Shown piece after piece: positions 16,501-26,045 of a stretch of DNA of 46,458 nucleotides. Positions within the stretch are counted from its first letter, which is position 1, and each line of letters starts with the position of its first letter. The position numbers and the translations under genes were made by a program. The DNA lies in contig DAOWDU010000014.1 in the NCBI GenBank assembly GCA_030638825.1, positions 1-46,458 of the forward strand. The letters run 5' to 3'. Source of the DNA: a bacterium (GTDB lineage: Bacteria > Patescibacteriota > Minisyncoccia > JAHIHE01 > JAGLIN01). The notes under the pieces were generated by a model, which made no database searches, was not told the origin of the DNA, and saw only the letters and a list, made by a program, of their open reading frames with translations.

Positions 16501-18213
16501 CACTGTATCTAATTTAACCCGGCATAAACTTTCCAAAAGAACACAGCTTGCGGAACAAGTTTGATTTGCGCCTACTCCATCCTCGCCGTCACATTCTTCA
16601 TCGCCCTCTTTAATATCATTCCCGCAAATAGGACCTTGATATGGATCTAAATAAATACAAATCATTTCTAAGTTCACACTATTAGCGTGTATATCTGGCG
16701 GACACTCTGAAGTAGTGTTCATATAAACTGTCTGCAATCCTTCTACAAAAGAAAAGGCTCCTAAAGGTTCAAATCTAGTCGTGATTGCGTCTGGATCAAG
16801 ATCATCTTCAGAAATTATTCCATCCGTTCCGTTAATTTCTAAATAGAACGCTTCATTTGTTTGCGCTTGACCAAGATTACCGCGAGATGATAAACCATAA
16901 ACTTCCCCTTGAGCAGCCCAAGGAGCACTAATATCTACACTATCCTGAATTCGTCCTGATGAATGGCAACCATCTCCAACAACCCACAAAGCAGGATCTA
17001 AATCAATAATTAAATCAGCGTCCTCACAGAGACTTCTTATCTCGCATTGCGTTGAACAAGTTGAACCAGGCTCGTCGCTATTGTCATTGCCCTCGTCACA
17101 TTCTTCGGGTATTTCTAAAATCCCATTTCCACAGTCGTCTTGAACTGGAAAATAGTTTCCAAAATCTTTACCAGTCAAATGTTCTTCATTGCCTAAAGTT
17201 ATATCGTAAGATAATGATGGCGGATATGTTTGGATAAAATCTGTTATTCCATCCTTACCTCCTTCGCCAACAATATAATTTCCAGCCAATAAACCTGAAA
17301 ATTGATAACAACCATTTTCATCCGTCAGCTGCGTAATCGGACCATTTGTTTCGCCAGTTAAAATTATTTCCCAGTCAGAAATAGCGTCTTCTATAACAAA
17401 ATCTTCATTATCGCCGTCATTGTCAATGTCGTTGTATTTACATCCCGAGATAGATCCGTATTCGCATAACTCCCACCTAATAGATTCGTAGATGCTTTCC
17501 AAGTCTTCACTGTTCGGCGCGTGATAATATGCCGCGCCAGTGGTCTCTGCGACTTCCTGTAACATCTCTTCGTTTATTTTATATTGATCACCCAATCCGA
17601 TTGTAAATATTTTATATCCCAAGCCCGCGGCAGCGTTTGCGGCATCCAAAGTATAAGCGATATCCTCATCATCTTCCACAAAACCGCACATGCCATATAT
17701 TGAAGAATCATAGTAAGGGCAGGTCGCTCTTCCGTCCGTTAGAAGAATGGCCGCTTTCACCGCTTGCGGATTTGTCCTTGCGGATCCCAACTCTTGATTG
17801 GAAAGATAAATCGCATCGCCGATGTTTGTTCCGCCTTTTGCTCTTAAGTTACTGACCGCTGTTTGAGTAACAGAATGATCGCCAGACAATTCTTTGTTTA
17901 AAGTTGCCTCGCTCGCGTACGAAACTACTGCTGACTGATCATCCGCGCCCAAGTTGCTGAGAAAATCGTTTGCTGCGTTTTTCGCCTGCGATATTCTAGT
18001 TGGAATTTCCCAGCCCATGCTTCCAGACCGATCCATTATCAAAACAACATCAACCGCCGCTTCGCATAGCTCTTCTTCTATCGGCGCTCCTCTTGCTTCT
18101 GGAGCAGACAGAAATACGCCTGCCATTGAGACATTCAAGAGCATTGAAACTACGCTCAAGAAAGCTACCTTTCTGCAAACCCCCTCGTATGATTTTTTAC
18201 TTAGTTTTTTCAT
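13561..18213 (-). CDS. Large secreted protein: 2x (vWA + SdrD-B-like), DUF4215-type Cys repeats, 3 lamin-tail domains
   Basis: Two DRSGSMGWEIPTR vWA starts, CGDG..EECDDGN repeats, three VINE[IL]M...EW[FI]E.[YR]N...GTPG..N modules. ATG at 18213. Confidence 0.85.
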   Translation of the reverse strand: MKKLSKKSYEGVCRKVAFLSVVSMLLNVSMAGVFLSAPEARGAPIEEELCEAAVDVVLIMDRSGSMGWEIPTRISQAKNAANDFLSNLGADDQSAVVSYASEATLNKELSGDHSVTQTAVSNLRAKGGTNIGDAIYLSNQELGSARTNPQAVKAAILLTDGRATCPYYDSSIYGMCGFVEDDEDIAYTLDAANAAAGLGYKIFTIGLGDQYKINEEMLQEVAETTGAAYYHAPNSEDLESIYESIRWELCEYGSISGCKYNDIDNDGDNEDFVIEDAISDWEIILTGETNGPITQLTDENGCYQFSGLLAGNYIVGEGGKDGITDFIQTYPPSLSYDITLGNEEHLTGKDFGNYFPVQDDCGNGILEIPEECDEGNDNSDEPGSTCSTQCEIRSLCEDADLIIDLDPALWVVGDGCHSSGRIQDSVDISAPWAAQGEVYGLSSRGNLGQAQTNEAFYLEINGTDGIISEDDLDPDAITTRFEPLGAFSFVEGLQTVYMNTTSECPPDIHANSVNLEMICIYLDPYQGPICGNDIKEGDEECDGEDGVGANQTCSASCVLLESLCRVKLDTVVIVDRSGSMGWEIPTRLGQAKIAANSFVGKLGSDDRSALVSFSTTANLNKPFSNDHLITQTAISSLAASGATNIGDAIGLANDEFSSSAEDVLKIEILLTDGLANKPNGDGFNENPADVAYAVEKAAEAALSGIKIFTIGLGNDINEVMLQNIAADTGAQYYNAPTADELEEIFSEIAYEICQYGSISGCKYEDSNNDGEIFGELTLSDWEISLSGDAELTQLTNGDGCYSFTGLSGGNYTVSEANNQGLNFIQTYPQTLSYDIILEDGEEEVGYDFGNYFPICGNGIEDDGEECDDGNTEDGDGCSFDCKTESNDGGDGDSDDSVAILLDDVVINEIMYDSTAVSDANGEWFEVYNTTGSDIELEGCIISDDGSNSHPIGESLIVPANGYAVLAKNGNTEENGGVISNYVYASFTLGNDEDEIVLTCDSVEINRVNYDEESSWTEGVGASIILNNPANDNNDFANWCLSTSSYSNGDLGTPGIQNDSCGGDEYICGDGVMEGDEECDDGNTEDGDGCSAVCNIESSAPVCGDGVREGDEECDDGNVENGDGCSAICELEDDDSIGAGDIVINEIMQNPDVVSDANGEWFELYNTTGSDLDLEGCTIGDNGSDPHVIGEALIIPANGYAVLAKNIDPLINDGITPDYVYSFTLGNTDDEIILICNSVEIDRVEYDGGLEFPDPNGASMILNDPLNDNNIGSNWCVSTSSYSNNNLGTPGAQNDSCGEDEYICGDGVMEGGEECDDGNLDDGDGCSSLCVIEEGETVCGDGVMEGDEECDDGNTENGDGCSAICETENSSSISVGDVIINELMWMGSSVSSSDEWIELRNMTSLEINFSDTPWSIYKNDSPMLVINTGILEADDYFLISNNGEDHMFTGGESVLNVAPDFIDSAISLPSSAVQYKLYDTESSNNNPIDVADDGAGAPLAGDNGDKKSMSRINNTVDGTSASSWFTALTKTGWDDNDNAVERGTPGSANSM

Positions 18214-18225
18214 AATTTGCAAGTT

Positions 18226-18248
18226 ATTGATTAAATATATAGAAAGTT
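18226..18248 (-). promoter_or_regulatory. 23-bp 5'-UTR motif (copy 2)
   Basis: Identical to 13394-13416. Confidence 0.6.
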
Positions 18249-18263
18249 ATTTGTTGGATTGTT

Positions 18264-21044
18264 TTATTTCTCCGCTTCCTGAATCGCTCCTTGAGAATAT
18301 TTCCAGGATTGCCAATAATACCGAACCGCTTTTGCAGGATTGCTATTTTCATATTCCCAAGCTTGCTCTATTTCTTTCTCCGCTTTGGAAATCATTTCCT
18401 CAAAGTTTTTTTGTTGTTTCTCGCTTTTAACAAAAGTACTTTTAGCTTCACTCAAAATTACTTGCGCAATAATTTTATCAGCTAAAACTAAATCTTTAAT
18501 AACTTCTTCAAAAACATCTCCTGACAATTCCTGACGATTTAAATATAATTCCATTCTCGCAATAGCCGTCCTTTCAGACACGAAAACTTTATTTCCTTTT
18601 TTAGGATTAAGATGAATTTCATCTTCCCAGAGATCGTCCTTTAAAGATTTCTTAATATTTTTAATAACATCATCAATTTTTTTGTCTACTTTTTTATCTC
18701 CCGTTTTTGCTCTTTCTAAACTTTCTACTGTTTCTTCTTTAAGTTGTTTAGCGCTCTTGATTTCTACTTCTACAATTGCAGTATCAGTATCACTTGAGAT
18801 TCCATCTGAAACTTCTAAAAGAATTTCTCCTGTATATGAATTGTAATAAGTGTATTCTGTTGTAGAGTTGATTAACCAATCTGTTTCAAAAATATTATCA
18901 TTATTGAAATCCCAACGATATTTCAAGGGCTGATTTTCAGGATCAGTTGAACCTATCGCATCAAAAATTATTTTAATCCCCGCATAACCAGAATATGGTC
19001 CATTGGCATCTGCGACTGGAGGAAGATTTTCAGCGACAAAAGTGGAGATTGATTTTTCTCTCGTAAAAGGATCGCCCGCTCTATTTGTATTTCCTGACGC
19101 TTTGATATTGAAAGTATAACTTCCTGATTCCTGAGTATTATCAAATGTATTAGCATAAATTCCATCATTCGCTCCGCCATCATTATGATTACCATCATCG
19201 TAAAGTTGAAGGGTAAAAACAGTTTGAGCAGGAGTAGTCGCCTCAACACTAAAACTTGCGCTAGCGACATACTGCGGATCATCGCTATCTACAACTGGAT
19301 CCTGCGCAAAAGCGGTGATAGTTATTTCTTCGCCCTGAATATACTCAGGCTTGTTTAAGTTCGCTCCAAAGATCAAACCATTTATACCAGAAAGAGTAAA
19401 GACAAACGGTTCTCCTTCAGTTGGAACGTTTTCACCATAAAATTTTAGTTGCCATTGTCCATGAGTTGGATTTTCAATCCTGTAAAACTCATAGGTATCT
19501 CCTTCTGTAAATTCAATATCTGAATCACTTGTATTATGATTGATTTCCTTTCCATTTGGATCAACCAGAGTCAAATCTATATTACTGCCTGGCCACGAAA
19601 GAGAAAAGGTAACATTATGCATACTGGAATCAAGATAGGCAAATTTCGTTATTGTTTCTTGTGGTTTAATTTTCTCCTTAATTTTTATTATTGTATCTTC
19701 CCCTGAAATTTCTGACCAAAGATCTTGATAAATTTCTTGTAATGCTTCAGAAGTAGCGGCAAATTTATAGACACATCCAGTTTGTTGGGCAAGATTATTT
19801 AAAAGCTCCATATCAGAATTAAAACCAAGTCCGACTGTGCAAACTTTTATTTTATCTTTTTCTATTCCATTTATTACATCCGCCACCCAAGGAGGCGTAT
19901 TTTCCCAGCCGTCGCTCATTAGAATAATCGCTTTTTCTGAATCTTTTGTCCCAAGGGTTTTAAGCTGATTATGTCCTTCTTGCAATCCTGCGCCGACTGA
20001 AGTCATTCCCCATGCTTGAATATTATCAATTGCGTTTCTAATCTCCCATTTCACAACACTGGGTCTGCTTTTTTCAATTTCAGTTAAAGGATAGTCAACA
20101 ACGGCATTATCAGCAAAACTGGTTACTCCTATTTTGTGTCCAGTTTGCATATAATCAACAAATTGCTTAGCAGCGCTTTTAGCGAAAATCATCGGAAATC
20201 CAATCATACTTCCTGAACGATCAATAACAAGATCAACGTCCATAGTTTTAAAATAGGTGTAGGGAATATAGCCATCTCTTTTTAATTCGTTTTCAATGTC
20301 ATATTTGCTATCTCTTACTTTCCAATAATACCCCATAGATTCAGATACCTCTAAATTTTTATGAGGAATTTCAGAGTCTATAAATTTATTAAACAACATC
20401 GCATGACTGCCTTTCACATTAAGTAAATCTCCCCTTTTCAAATCATCATATTCATCTAACTTTCTAGAAATTTTAGGAAGTGACCATGTTGATTCTCTCG
20501 GATTTAAATTCCAAGATCTGGAAACAAAACCTGAACAATCAATTCCAACAGCGTGAGATGATCTATTTCCATATCGCGCATCGCCAGCGCATTTTCTATT
20601 TTCAACGCCTTCTTCAAAATCTCCATATCCTTTCATTTCTTTCAATCTTAAATCAATCCCATCAATTTCAATACTTGAACATCCTCCCCTTTGATAAGGA
20701 ATACTAATAGTTTCTTTCCAAACATCTGTCTCCTCTTCGTTTTCGTCTTTTTCTTTTTCTGCTTTCCATCCTCTTTCTTCTGTCCAAGTTTTATAAGTAT
20801 TCCTGTCTGGAGTATTAACTATGCATGCTATTTCTTTCACACATTCCCCTTTTTTATCCCATTTGATACAACACTTATTATGACAAATATTATCTTCTGT
20901 TGGTGTCCAAACATAAGTTTTATAGCTCTCTGCAATAGACATCATTTCATCTCTCGTAGCTATTGCAAAAGATGTCTGCGCTATAGCAAAACTGAACAAG
21001 AACAGAACTGCTAAAAACGATAATTTTTTGTTTAATATTTTCAT
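18264..21044 (-). CDS. Secreted protein: NlpC/P60-like N-terminus, vWA, choice-of-anchor-X-like, PKD, helical tail
   Basis: Signal peptide, GIDCSGFVSRSW...HAMLF, VIDRSGSM/LMSDG, LYDDGNHNDGGANDGIY, PPVADANGPY...YRWDFNND. Confidence 0.8.
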   Translation of the reverse strand: MKILNKKLSFLAVLFLFSFAIAQTSFAIATRDEMMSIAESYKTYVWTPTEDNICHNKCCIKWDKKGECVKEIACIVNTPDRNTYKTWTEERGWKAEKEKDENEEETDVWKETISIPYQRGGCSSIEIDGIDLRLKEMKGYGDFEEGVENRKCAGDARYGNRSSHAVGIDCSGFVSRSWNLNPRESTWSLPKISRKLDEYDDLKRGDLLNVKGSHAMLFNKFIDSEIPHKNLEVSESMGYYWKVRDSKYDIENELKRDGYIPYTYFKTMDVDLVIDRSGSMIGFPMIFAKSAAKQFVDYMQTGHKIGVTSFADNAVVDYPLTEIEKSRPSVVKWEIRNAIDNIQAWGMTSVGAGLQEGHNQLKTLGTKDSEKAIILMSDGWENTPPWVADVINGIEKDKIKVCTVGLGFNSDMELLNNLAQQTGCVYKFAATSEALQEIYQDLWSEISGEDTIIKIKEKIKPQETITKFAYLDSSMHNVTFSLSWPGSNIDLTLVDPNGKEINHNTSDSDIEFTEGDTYEFYRIENPTHGQWQLKFYGENVPTEGEPFVFTLSGINGLIFGANLNKPEYIQGEEITITAFAQDPVVDSDDPQYVASASFSVEATTPAQTVFTLQLYDDGNHNDGGANDGIYANTFDNTQESGSYTFNIKASGNTNRAGDPFTREKSISTFVAENLPPVADANGPYSGYAGIKIIFDAIGSTDPENQPLKYRWDFNNDNIFETDWLINSTTEYTYYNSYTGEILLEVSDGISSDTDTAIVEVEIKSAKQLKEETVESLERAKTGDKKVDKKIDDVIKNIKKSLKDDLWEDEIHLNPKKGNKVFVSERTAIARMELYLNRQELSGDVFEEVIKDLVLADKIIAQVILSEAKSTFVKSEKQQKNFEEMISKAEKEIEQAWEYENSNPAKAVRYYWQSWKYSQGAIQEAEK

Positions 21045-21077
21045 TCTATTTTTTATTATTAAATTATTTATTTAAGT

Positions 21078-22244
21078 CTAATTTATTTGTGAATATTTAA
21101 AAATTTTAAGACCTTCGTTTTCAAAAGTCGCCATCCAATAAATATCTTCACTATTTGTTATACGAGTTCTTCTAAATTCTCGTGTATAATATCCATTACA
21201 TCCAGATTTTTTGGTAAGTATATCAGATTTTGGCTTTTTAAATAACTCTTGTAAGGGTATACTTTGATCAATTTCCGATAGTAATTTTCCACTCTTATTA
21301 TATTTCCAAAAAAAATCATCTATGTAATAATCATCATCCCCAACTGATCCGTATTCATATCCAATACTAAGATAAATATTTCCTTCTTTATCAAAACCCT
21401 CGTAAGACGCATAAGCTCTTTTAGAAAGTTCTATCGCAAACTCTTTTTGAATCAAGCCTGCTCTGTCTTTAATCTGAACAGTACGTGTTGCCCAACCAAT
21501 TCCTCCTGTGAAATAAAATCCTTTTTTATCTCTTGAAATATTTCCTTTATAGCTATTAGTTTTCCACTCATCACCGTTTTTTCCAATCTCATAAAACAAA
21601 TAATCATCGTCATTATAATTATCTATACTTATTTCAACCATTATATTTCCATTCTCATCAAATTCTATTCCTTCGTTTCCCATACCTGGATTTTTTCCAG
21701 GCAAAGAATATGAATCAAGCATTTCTCCTGACATACTATGTTTATAAACAGTATCACTACCAAAACTCAAAATATAAATATACCCATCCTGAATTTTAAT
21801 ATCTGTAGTTCCTCCAATACCAATAACAAAATCTCTCAAGTATTTTCCGCTCTTATCATATTCTATAACTCTTTCATTAATGCTATCTAAAATAAAAAGG
21901 TGATTATTGTTATCATTCACATCAAAACTCTGTGGACCGTAAACTAAACCAGCGCCACTTTCATCACCTCCGAAGCTTTCAATTCCTACCTCTCCCACCC
22001 CTTCTCCCCACTCCGCTTCAACAAAAAGTTCCGCTTCGTAAGTTTCCAGCTCAACTGGCTCTATTGGATCTGGCTCTTGATTATTATTATTATCTACAGG
22101 CTCAACGTTTTCAACAACATCAACAGGTAAATTATTTCTTTTTTTTATTTCCGAAAATTGAAAAATTAAAAACTCTATAATCAAAGCAAGCGCAACAATA
22201 AATACCGCTATGAGAATTTTTTTTGGGATGTTTTGTTTTGGCAT
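21078..22244 (-). CDS. Membrane-anchored NHL/beta-propeller-like protein
   Basis: N-terminal TM; GPQSFDV..LFILDSINERVIEYDKSGKYL repeat-like blades. Confidence 0.65.
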   Translation of the reverse strand: MPKQNIPKKILIAVFIVALALIIEFLIFQFSEIKKRNNLPVDVVENVEPVDNNNNQEPDPIEPVELETYEAELFVEAEWGEGVGEVGIESFGGDESGAGLVYGPQSFDVNDNNNHLFILDSINERVIEYDKSGKYLRDFVIGIGGTTDIKIQDGYIYILSFGSDTVYKHSMSGEMLDSYSLPGKNPGMGNEGIEFDENGNIMVEISIDNYNDDDYLFYEIGKNGDEWKTNSYKGNISRDKKGFYFTGGIGWATRTVQIKDRAGLIQKEFAIELSKRAYASYEGFDKEGNIYLSIGYEYGSVGDDDYYIDDFFWKYNKSGKLLSEIDQSIPLQELFKKPKSDILTKKSGCNGYYTREFRRTRITNSEDIYWMATFENEGLKIFKYSQIN

Positions 22245-22284
22245 AGTAAATTAAAATTAAGAGTAATTGATTGCGACTAATACC

Positions 22285-23191
22285 TTATTTATCCCCATTT
22301 TTTAAATACTTCTTAACCTCCCGATCAAAATCAGATATATATAATTGATCTTGAATCGGTCTGTATTTTTCAAACTCGCTTTCGGCAAATGCTTTGGCAA
22401 TTTCTGCCGTTATTTTTCCTGCATTCTCCAAAATTTCCTCTCCATTAAATTTCAGAAAAACATTTAATTTCTCCGACCAATCTTTCATTGTTATTGGAAT
22501 TCCTTTTTCCGCTTGGAGCTTTTTTCCAAGTCATCAGTCCCATATAATCTTTTTTGTGATCAGCTCTTTTAGAAATAAGCTCTGCGGCGGTGTTGCCGTG
22601 CGTAGCGTAACGGAGCTTGTTTTGCACAGTGGCAAAAAATGTTTTTGTAGTTTCTGAATCAAGATCATAGTCCATCGCAGTCGCATAAATATCTGTAATT
22701 TGCTGATAAAAATTTCTCTCGCTTTCACGAATATCACGAATTTCAAGAATTAAATCCTTAAAATATTGTTTATTAAAATACGCCCCACTTTTCAATCGTT
22801 CGCTATCTAAGGCATATCCTTTTATCGCATAATTTTTCAAAACTTTTGTCGCCCATCTTCTAAAATCTGTCGCTCTTTCAGAATTTATCCTGTATCCAAG
22901 CGAAATAATCACTTCTAAGTTGTAGTGCTTGGTATTGTAGCTTTTTCCATCTTTGGCAGTTATTCGGAATTTCCGAATAACTGAATTTTCATCTAATTCT
23001 TTTGATAAAAAAATATTTTTCAAATGCTCATTTATATTTGGAATATTGACATCAAAAAGCTTCGCGATTAATTTTTGCGTTAACCAAACATTTTCATCTT
23101 GCATGCGAACTTCAATTCCATCTTCTCCCGCTTGAGAAGTAAATATCAAAAATTCCGCCGCGCTATTTCTAATAATTAGTTTTTTTGTCAT
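22285..23191 (-). pseudogene. rhuM: RhuM-family protein, split by an internal deletion/frameshift
   Basis: WLTQKLIAKLF, IRDIRESERNFYQ and FFATVQNKL in ORF 22445-23191. The C-terminus (QAEKGIPITMKDW...AESEFEKYR) is in another frame, ending at 22285. Confidence 0.85.
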
Positions 23192-23329
23192 AATGATTTT
23201 TACTTAAAGCCTTAATAATTCAAATTACAAAAAATCACCCTATTTTATTTCACTTAAAAAGAGCCTTAATTATGCGTTATTTAATTGCGCGTTATATTTT
23301 TATTTTTCAGCGTTATGTGTTTTGAAGCA

Positions 23330-24271
23330 TTATATTTTTGTTTTTACTTTTATAATTCTTTTAATCGCTATAAACAAAAGGATAATTATAAACCCGCCTA
23401 TCATTAGCCAACCGAACATTAAATTTCCTCCACCGATGCGGGAAATGAAATTTGAGACACTAGAACTAACATTAGAAATAACAGCAGCCCCAATCGCAAA
23501 AGAAAAATCATTTTCATACCTATTTTTTTCATTGACGATTATGCTAATTTCAGCCACATATTTGCCATCCTCCAATCCTGTGGTTTGAATTTTAAGAGGA
23601 GTGACTTCTTCCATTGAAAAAGAATTAACACTATCTGATTCTTCTGGAAAAGGATAGATAGCGTTATGCGCTATTTTTCCATCCTTCTTTAATTTTACCT
23701 GAATCTGCGGACGAATTTTTATGTTGCTTTGATTGTCATATATTATTCTAATCAACAAAGGATCTCCTGTTTTTAAATTATACGAGTTGGGAATTATTGA
23801 GGTTTTGACACTAACTTCTTCTTTGTCTGTAACTGTAATATTTACCTCCCTGTCTATCCTCTGGCTAACAGCCGTTAAAACATCTTCTTCTAATTCTTCA
23901 TTTTTAGAAGAAACCGTGATACCAACAATACCTGAATATTCTCCATTGGGAGTGCCTTCCGGGATTGAAAATTTTGCGATTATATCATATCTTGAATTTT
24001 GAGGTATGCTTATTTCCTCAATCGATATTTCTGGGTTTTTGGGATCGTAAAATTTTACCCAATCGGCAATATCGTTTTCAGCTATTATTTGAAATATATC
24101 TTCTGTTTTTTCGGTATTAAAAAAATAGAGAGTTTTTTCAAAAACCTCTCCTTGTCGGGCATTTTTAATAATAATCGGTTCTGTCATTTGTCCAATTCCA
24201 AAACTGGTCAACGGCTGAAACATTGCTATTGCTAAAACTAAAATTAAGATTGAAACAATTATTTTTTTCAT
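23330..24271 (-). CDS. Secreted/membrane-anchored Ig-like protein (DUF916-like architecture)
   Basis: Signal peptide, two beta-rich domains (PEGTPNGEYSG; GKYVAEISI), C-terminal TM with basic tail. Confidence 0.6.
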   Translation of the reverse strand: MKKIIVSILILVLAIAMFQPLTSFGIGQMTEPIIIKNARQGEVFEKTLYFFNTEKTEDIFQIIAENDIADWVKFYDPKNPEISIEEISIPQNSRYDIIAKFSIPEGTPNGEYSGIVGITVSSKNEELEEDVLTAVSQRIDREVNITVTDKEEVSVKTSIIPNSYNLKTGDPLLIRIIYDNQSNIKIRPQIQVKLKKDGKIAHNAIYPFPEESDSVNSFSMEEVTPLKIQTTGLEDGKYVAEISIIVNEKNRYENDFSFAIGAAVISNVSSSVSNFISRIGGGNLMFGWLMIGGFIIILLFIAIKRIIKVKTKI

Positions 24272-24343
24272 ATCACAATTTTATTTATTTTGCCAATTAA
24301 TTTTATTCTAATCTTTTCCTTAAACTTGTCAACACACACTACA

Positions 24344-24409
24344 GAGAAGATTGAAGTTAAATATTTTTTTAACTTCAATCTTCTCCGAGGGACGAGAAGC
24401 TCGCCCCTC
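24344..24409 (-). terminator. Twin stem-loops after the 377-aa gene (terminator or mRNA stabiliser)
   Basis: 17-bp perfect IR at 24344-24360/24369-24385, plus GAGGGGCGAG-ctt-CTCGTCCCTC (minus strand) at 24387-24409. Confidence 0.6.
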
Positions 24410-24457
24410 TGCAAATCAATTATTTTTCATATTTTCATAACAAGAATAATAAGCATT

Positions 24458-25591
24458 CTAGTTTATACAAACCGTCAAATGCGGAGCAGGAACAGCGATT
24501 AGGGTCATCGTGCCAGTATAGCAATCTCCGTCATGTGTTGGCGGAAACTTGGAAATCAGAATTGAGAAATCAATTTCATTCTTTTCTGATAAATCTAACG
24601 GACCGGGCAACAATCTATATGTATAAGGACGATAATTCACAAAACTTACATCACTGCCAACTCTGCCATCATATAGGACATTATATATGTCATCAGTTTT
24701 ACCCAAATCCATATCATCTTGCATTACTTTCAGGGAAAGCCGCGTGTTGCCTACATTTCTGACTGTTGCAGGATTAGCTCCTGTTCCTGAATCCCAAGTA
24801 AGATCACCACTAATAATCTTATGCGTATTCAGTTTCACATTGCCATAACTTACAGCCGTAAAGTCCTTTTCAAAAGCGGTTAAAGGAAGATAGGTAAAGT
24901 GATTCTCCAGTGTTCCCTGCAACCCAACTTTATCCTGAGCAACTGCCCATACTTTGTAATTTCCAGATGGGTCTTCATAAGAGATAGTTTTGTCGCCACA
25001 ATACACAGCGGCTGTTAATTTCATCAATTCGCCTGTGTCAACATTACAGATTTCGTCATAGTCATAGCCAGTGTTAAATACAGGAAGGTTATTATTTCCA
25101 TTCTTCACCTTACTACAGAAAAGTTCATATCCATCATCCAAACTCAATCTCGTCAAAGTATCTTCTTGCATAAGTTCACCGCAACCCAAACCAGATTGAT
25201 CGCTTAACGGAACATGGCTATCTCCTAAAGATATGCCCTCTGGATAAAAAACATCAGCATACACTGCGTCAATATCAGCTAGTCCATCCGGATCAGTTAC
25301 TACAGCGCAGAGAGTAATTGTCTTATTGACCTGATATTGTCCTGACGGCATAAATTGAGCGCCAGCGGTTGTCGCATCATCAGTTCCTAAATATTCTCCA
25401 GCGGCATTCCTAGTCGCATTCATCTCCCATTTAGCTTTAACAATGGGAGTAGCGCCACCACTTGTGTCACGAAGTAGACTAGTGTTAGCAGCGCCATCTG
25501 TCGCTACCGTTACATTCAATCCAAATGTACAAACACTAACCGCGACCAATGAGAACATGGCGATCGCTTCTTTAATTAGTTTAATTTTCAT
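24458..25591 (-). CDS. Secreted hypothetical protein, possible structural surface subunit
   Basis: Strong AAGGAG SD, signal peptide, beta-rich, ends YTGTMTLIAVP. Confidence 0.7.
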   Translation of the reverse strand: MKIKLIKEAIAMFSLVAVSVCTFGLNVTVATDGAANTSLLRDTSGGATPIVKAKWEMNATRNAAGEYLGTDDATTAGAQFMPSGQYQVNKTITLCAVVTDPDGLADIDAVYADVFYPEGISLGDSHVPLSDQSGLGCGELMQEDTLTRLSLDDGYELFCSKVKNGNNNLPVFNTGYDYDEICNVDTGELMKLTAAVYCGDKTISYEDPSGNYKVWAVAQDKVGLQGTLENHFTYLPLTAFEKDFTAVSYGNVKLNTHKIISGDLTWDSGTGANPATVRNVGNTRLSLKVMQDDMDLGKTDDIYNVLYDGRVGSDVSFVNYRPYTYRLLPGPLDLSEKNEIDFSILISKFPPTHDGDCYTGTMTLIAVPAPHLTVCIN

Positions 25592-25857
25592 AGTTTTATT
25601 CTCCTTAACCTCTGCCTCCTGCTAAGATTATAGAAGTAAGATATTTACTTCCATGTCATCCCAGCCTTTGGCAGGGTTTTTTAATTAATTAATTAAGATT
25701 TTTTAAGTTACTTGACTAAACTTTTCACCCTTTATATTTTATCATTCTCAAGAGAATAATTAATTAATTAGAGCTTAAGCAAGCAACCTCGACCTTTAAG
25801 TTTTATTACGATAAACTCGTAATTTTAAATTATAAAATATTTATTATTTATTCACAT

Positions 25858-25927
25858 AAAAAAGAGCTCACAAAACTACTCAACTGCTTTAAATCAAAAA
25901 GCAATTAACTAATCAATGTGAGCCCTC
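25858..25927 (-). terminator. Leader terminator/attenuator
   Basis: Minus strand GAGGGCTCACA...TGTGAGCTC-TTTTTT, with an extended inner stem containing G-U pairs. Confidence 0.7.
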
Positions 25928-25972
25928 AGTTTTCTGTCATCCGCCTTGGGCGAACTCAGTTTGCTGTCAGGC
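25922..25972 (-). promoter_or_regulatory. Duplicated TGACAG(C/A)AAACTGAG RNA motif overlapping the terminator 5' arm
   Basis: Copies at 25955-25969 and 25925-25939, separated by the hairpin TTCGCC-CAA-GGCGGA. Confidence 0.6.
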
Positions 25973-26045
25973 AAATTATACAAATTGTAATTTGTAGTAA
26001 CTAATAGTAATTTATAGCAACCCGTTACAACTAATTACAACTATA

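Noticed and set aside
13561-18213. Diversity-generating retroelement template/variable repeats among the internal repeats
   Set aside because: No reverse transcriptase in the window. The repeats correspond to protein domain duplications, and I saw no adenine-restricted pattern by eye.
10548-21014. Many short plus-strand ORFs opposite the large surface genes
   Set aside because: Antisense shadows of Asp/Glu/Gly-rich codons (Ser/Pro/His-rich translations) with no independent coding signals.
25610-25680. c-di-GMP-I riboswitch in the leader of the 377-aa gene
   Set aside because: Hairpins are present, but the GAAA tetraloop and the GCAAA junction motifs are not.
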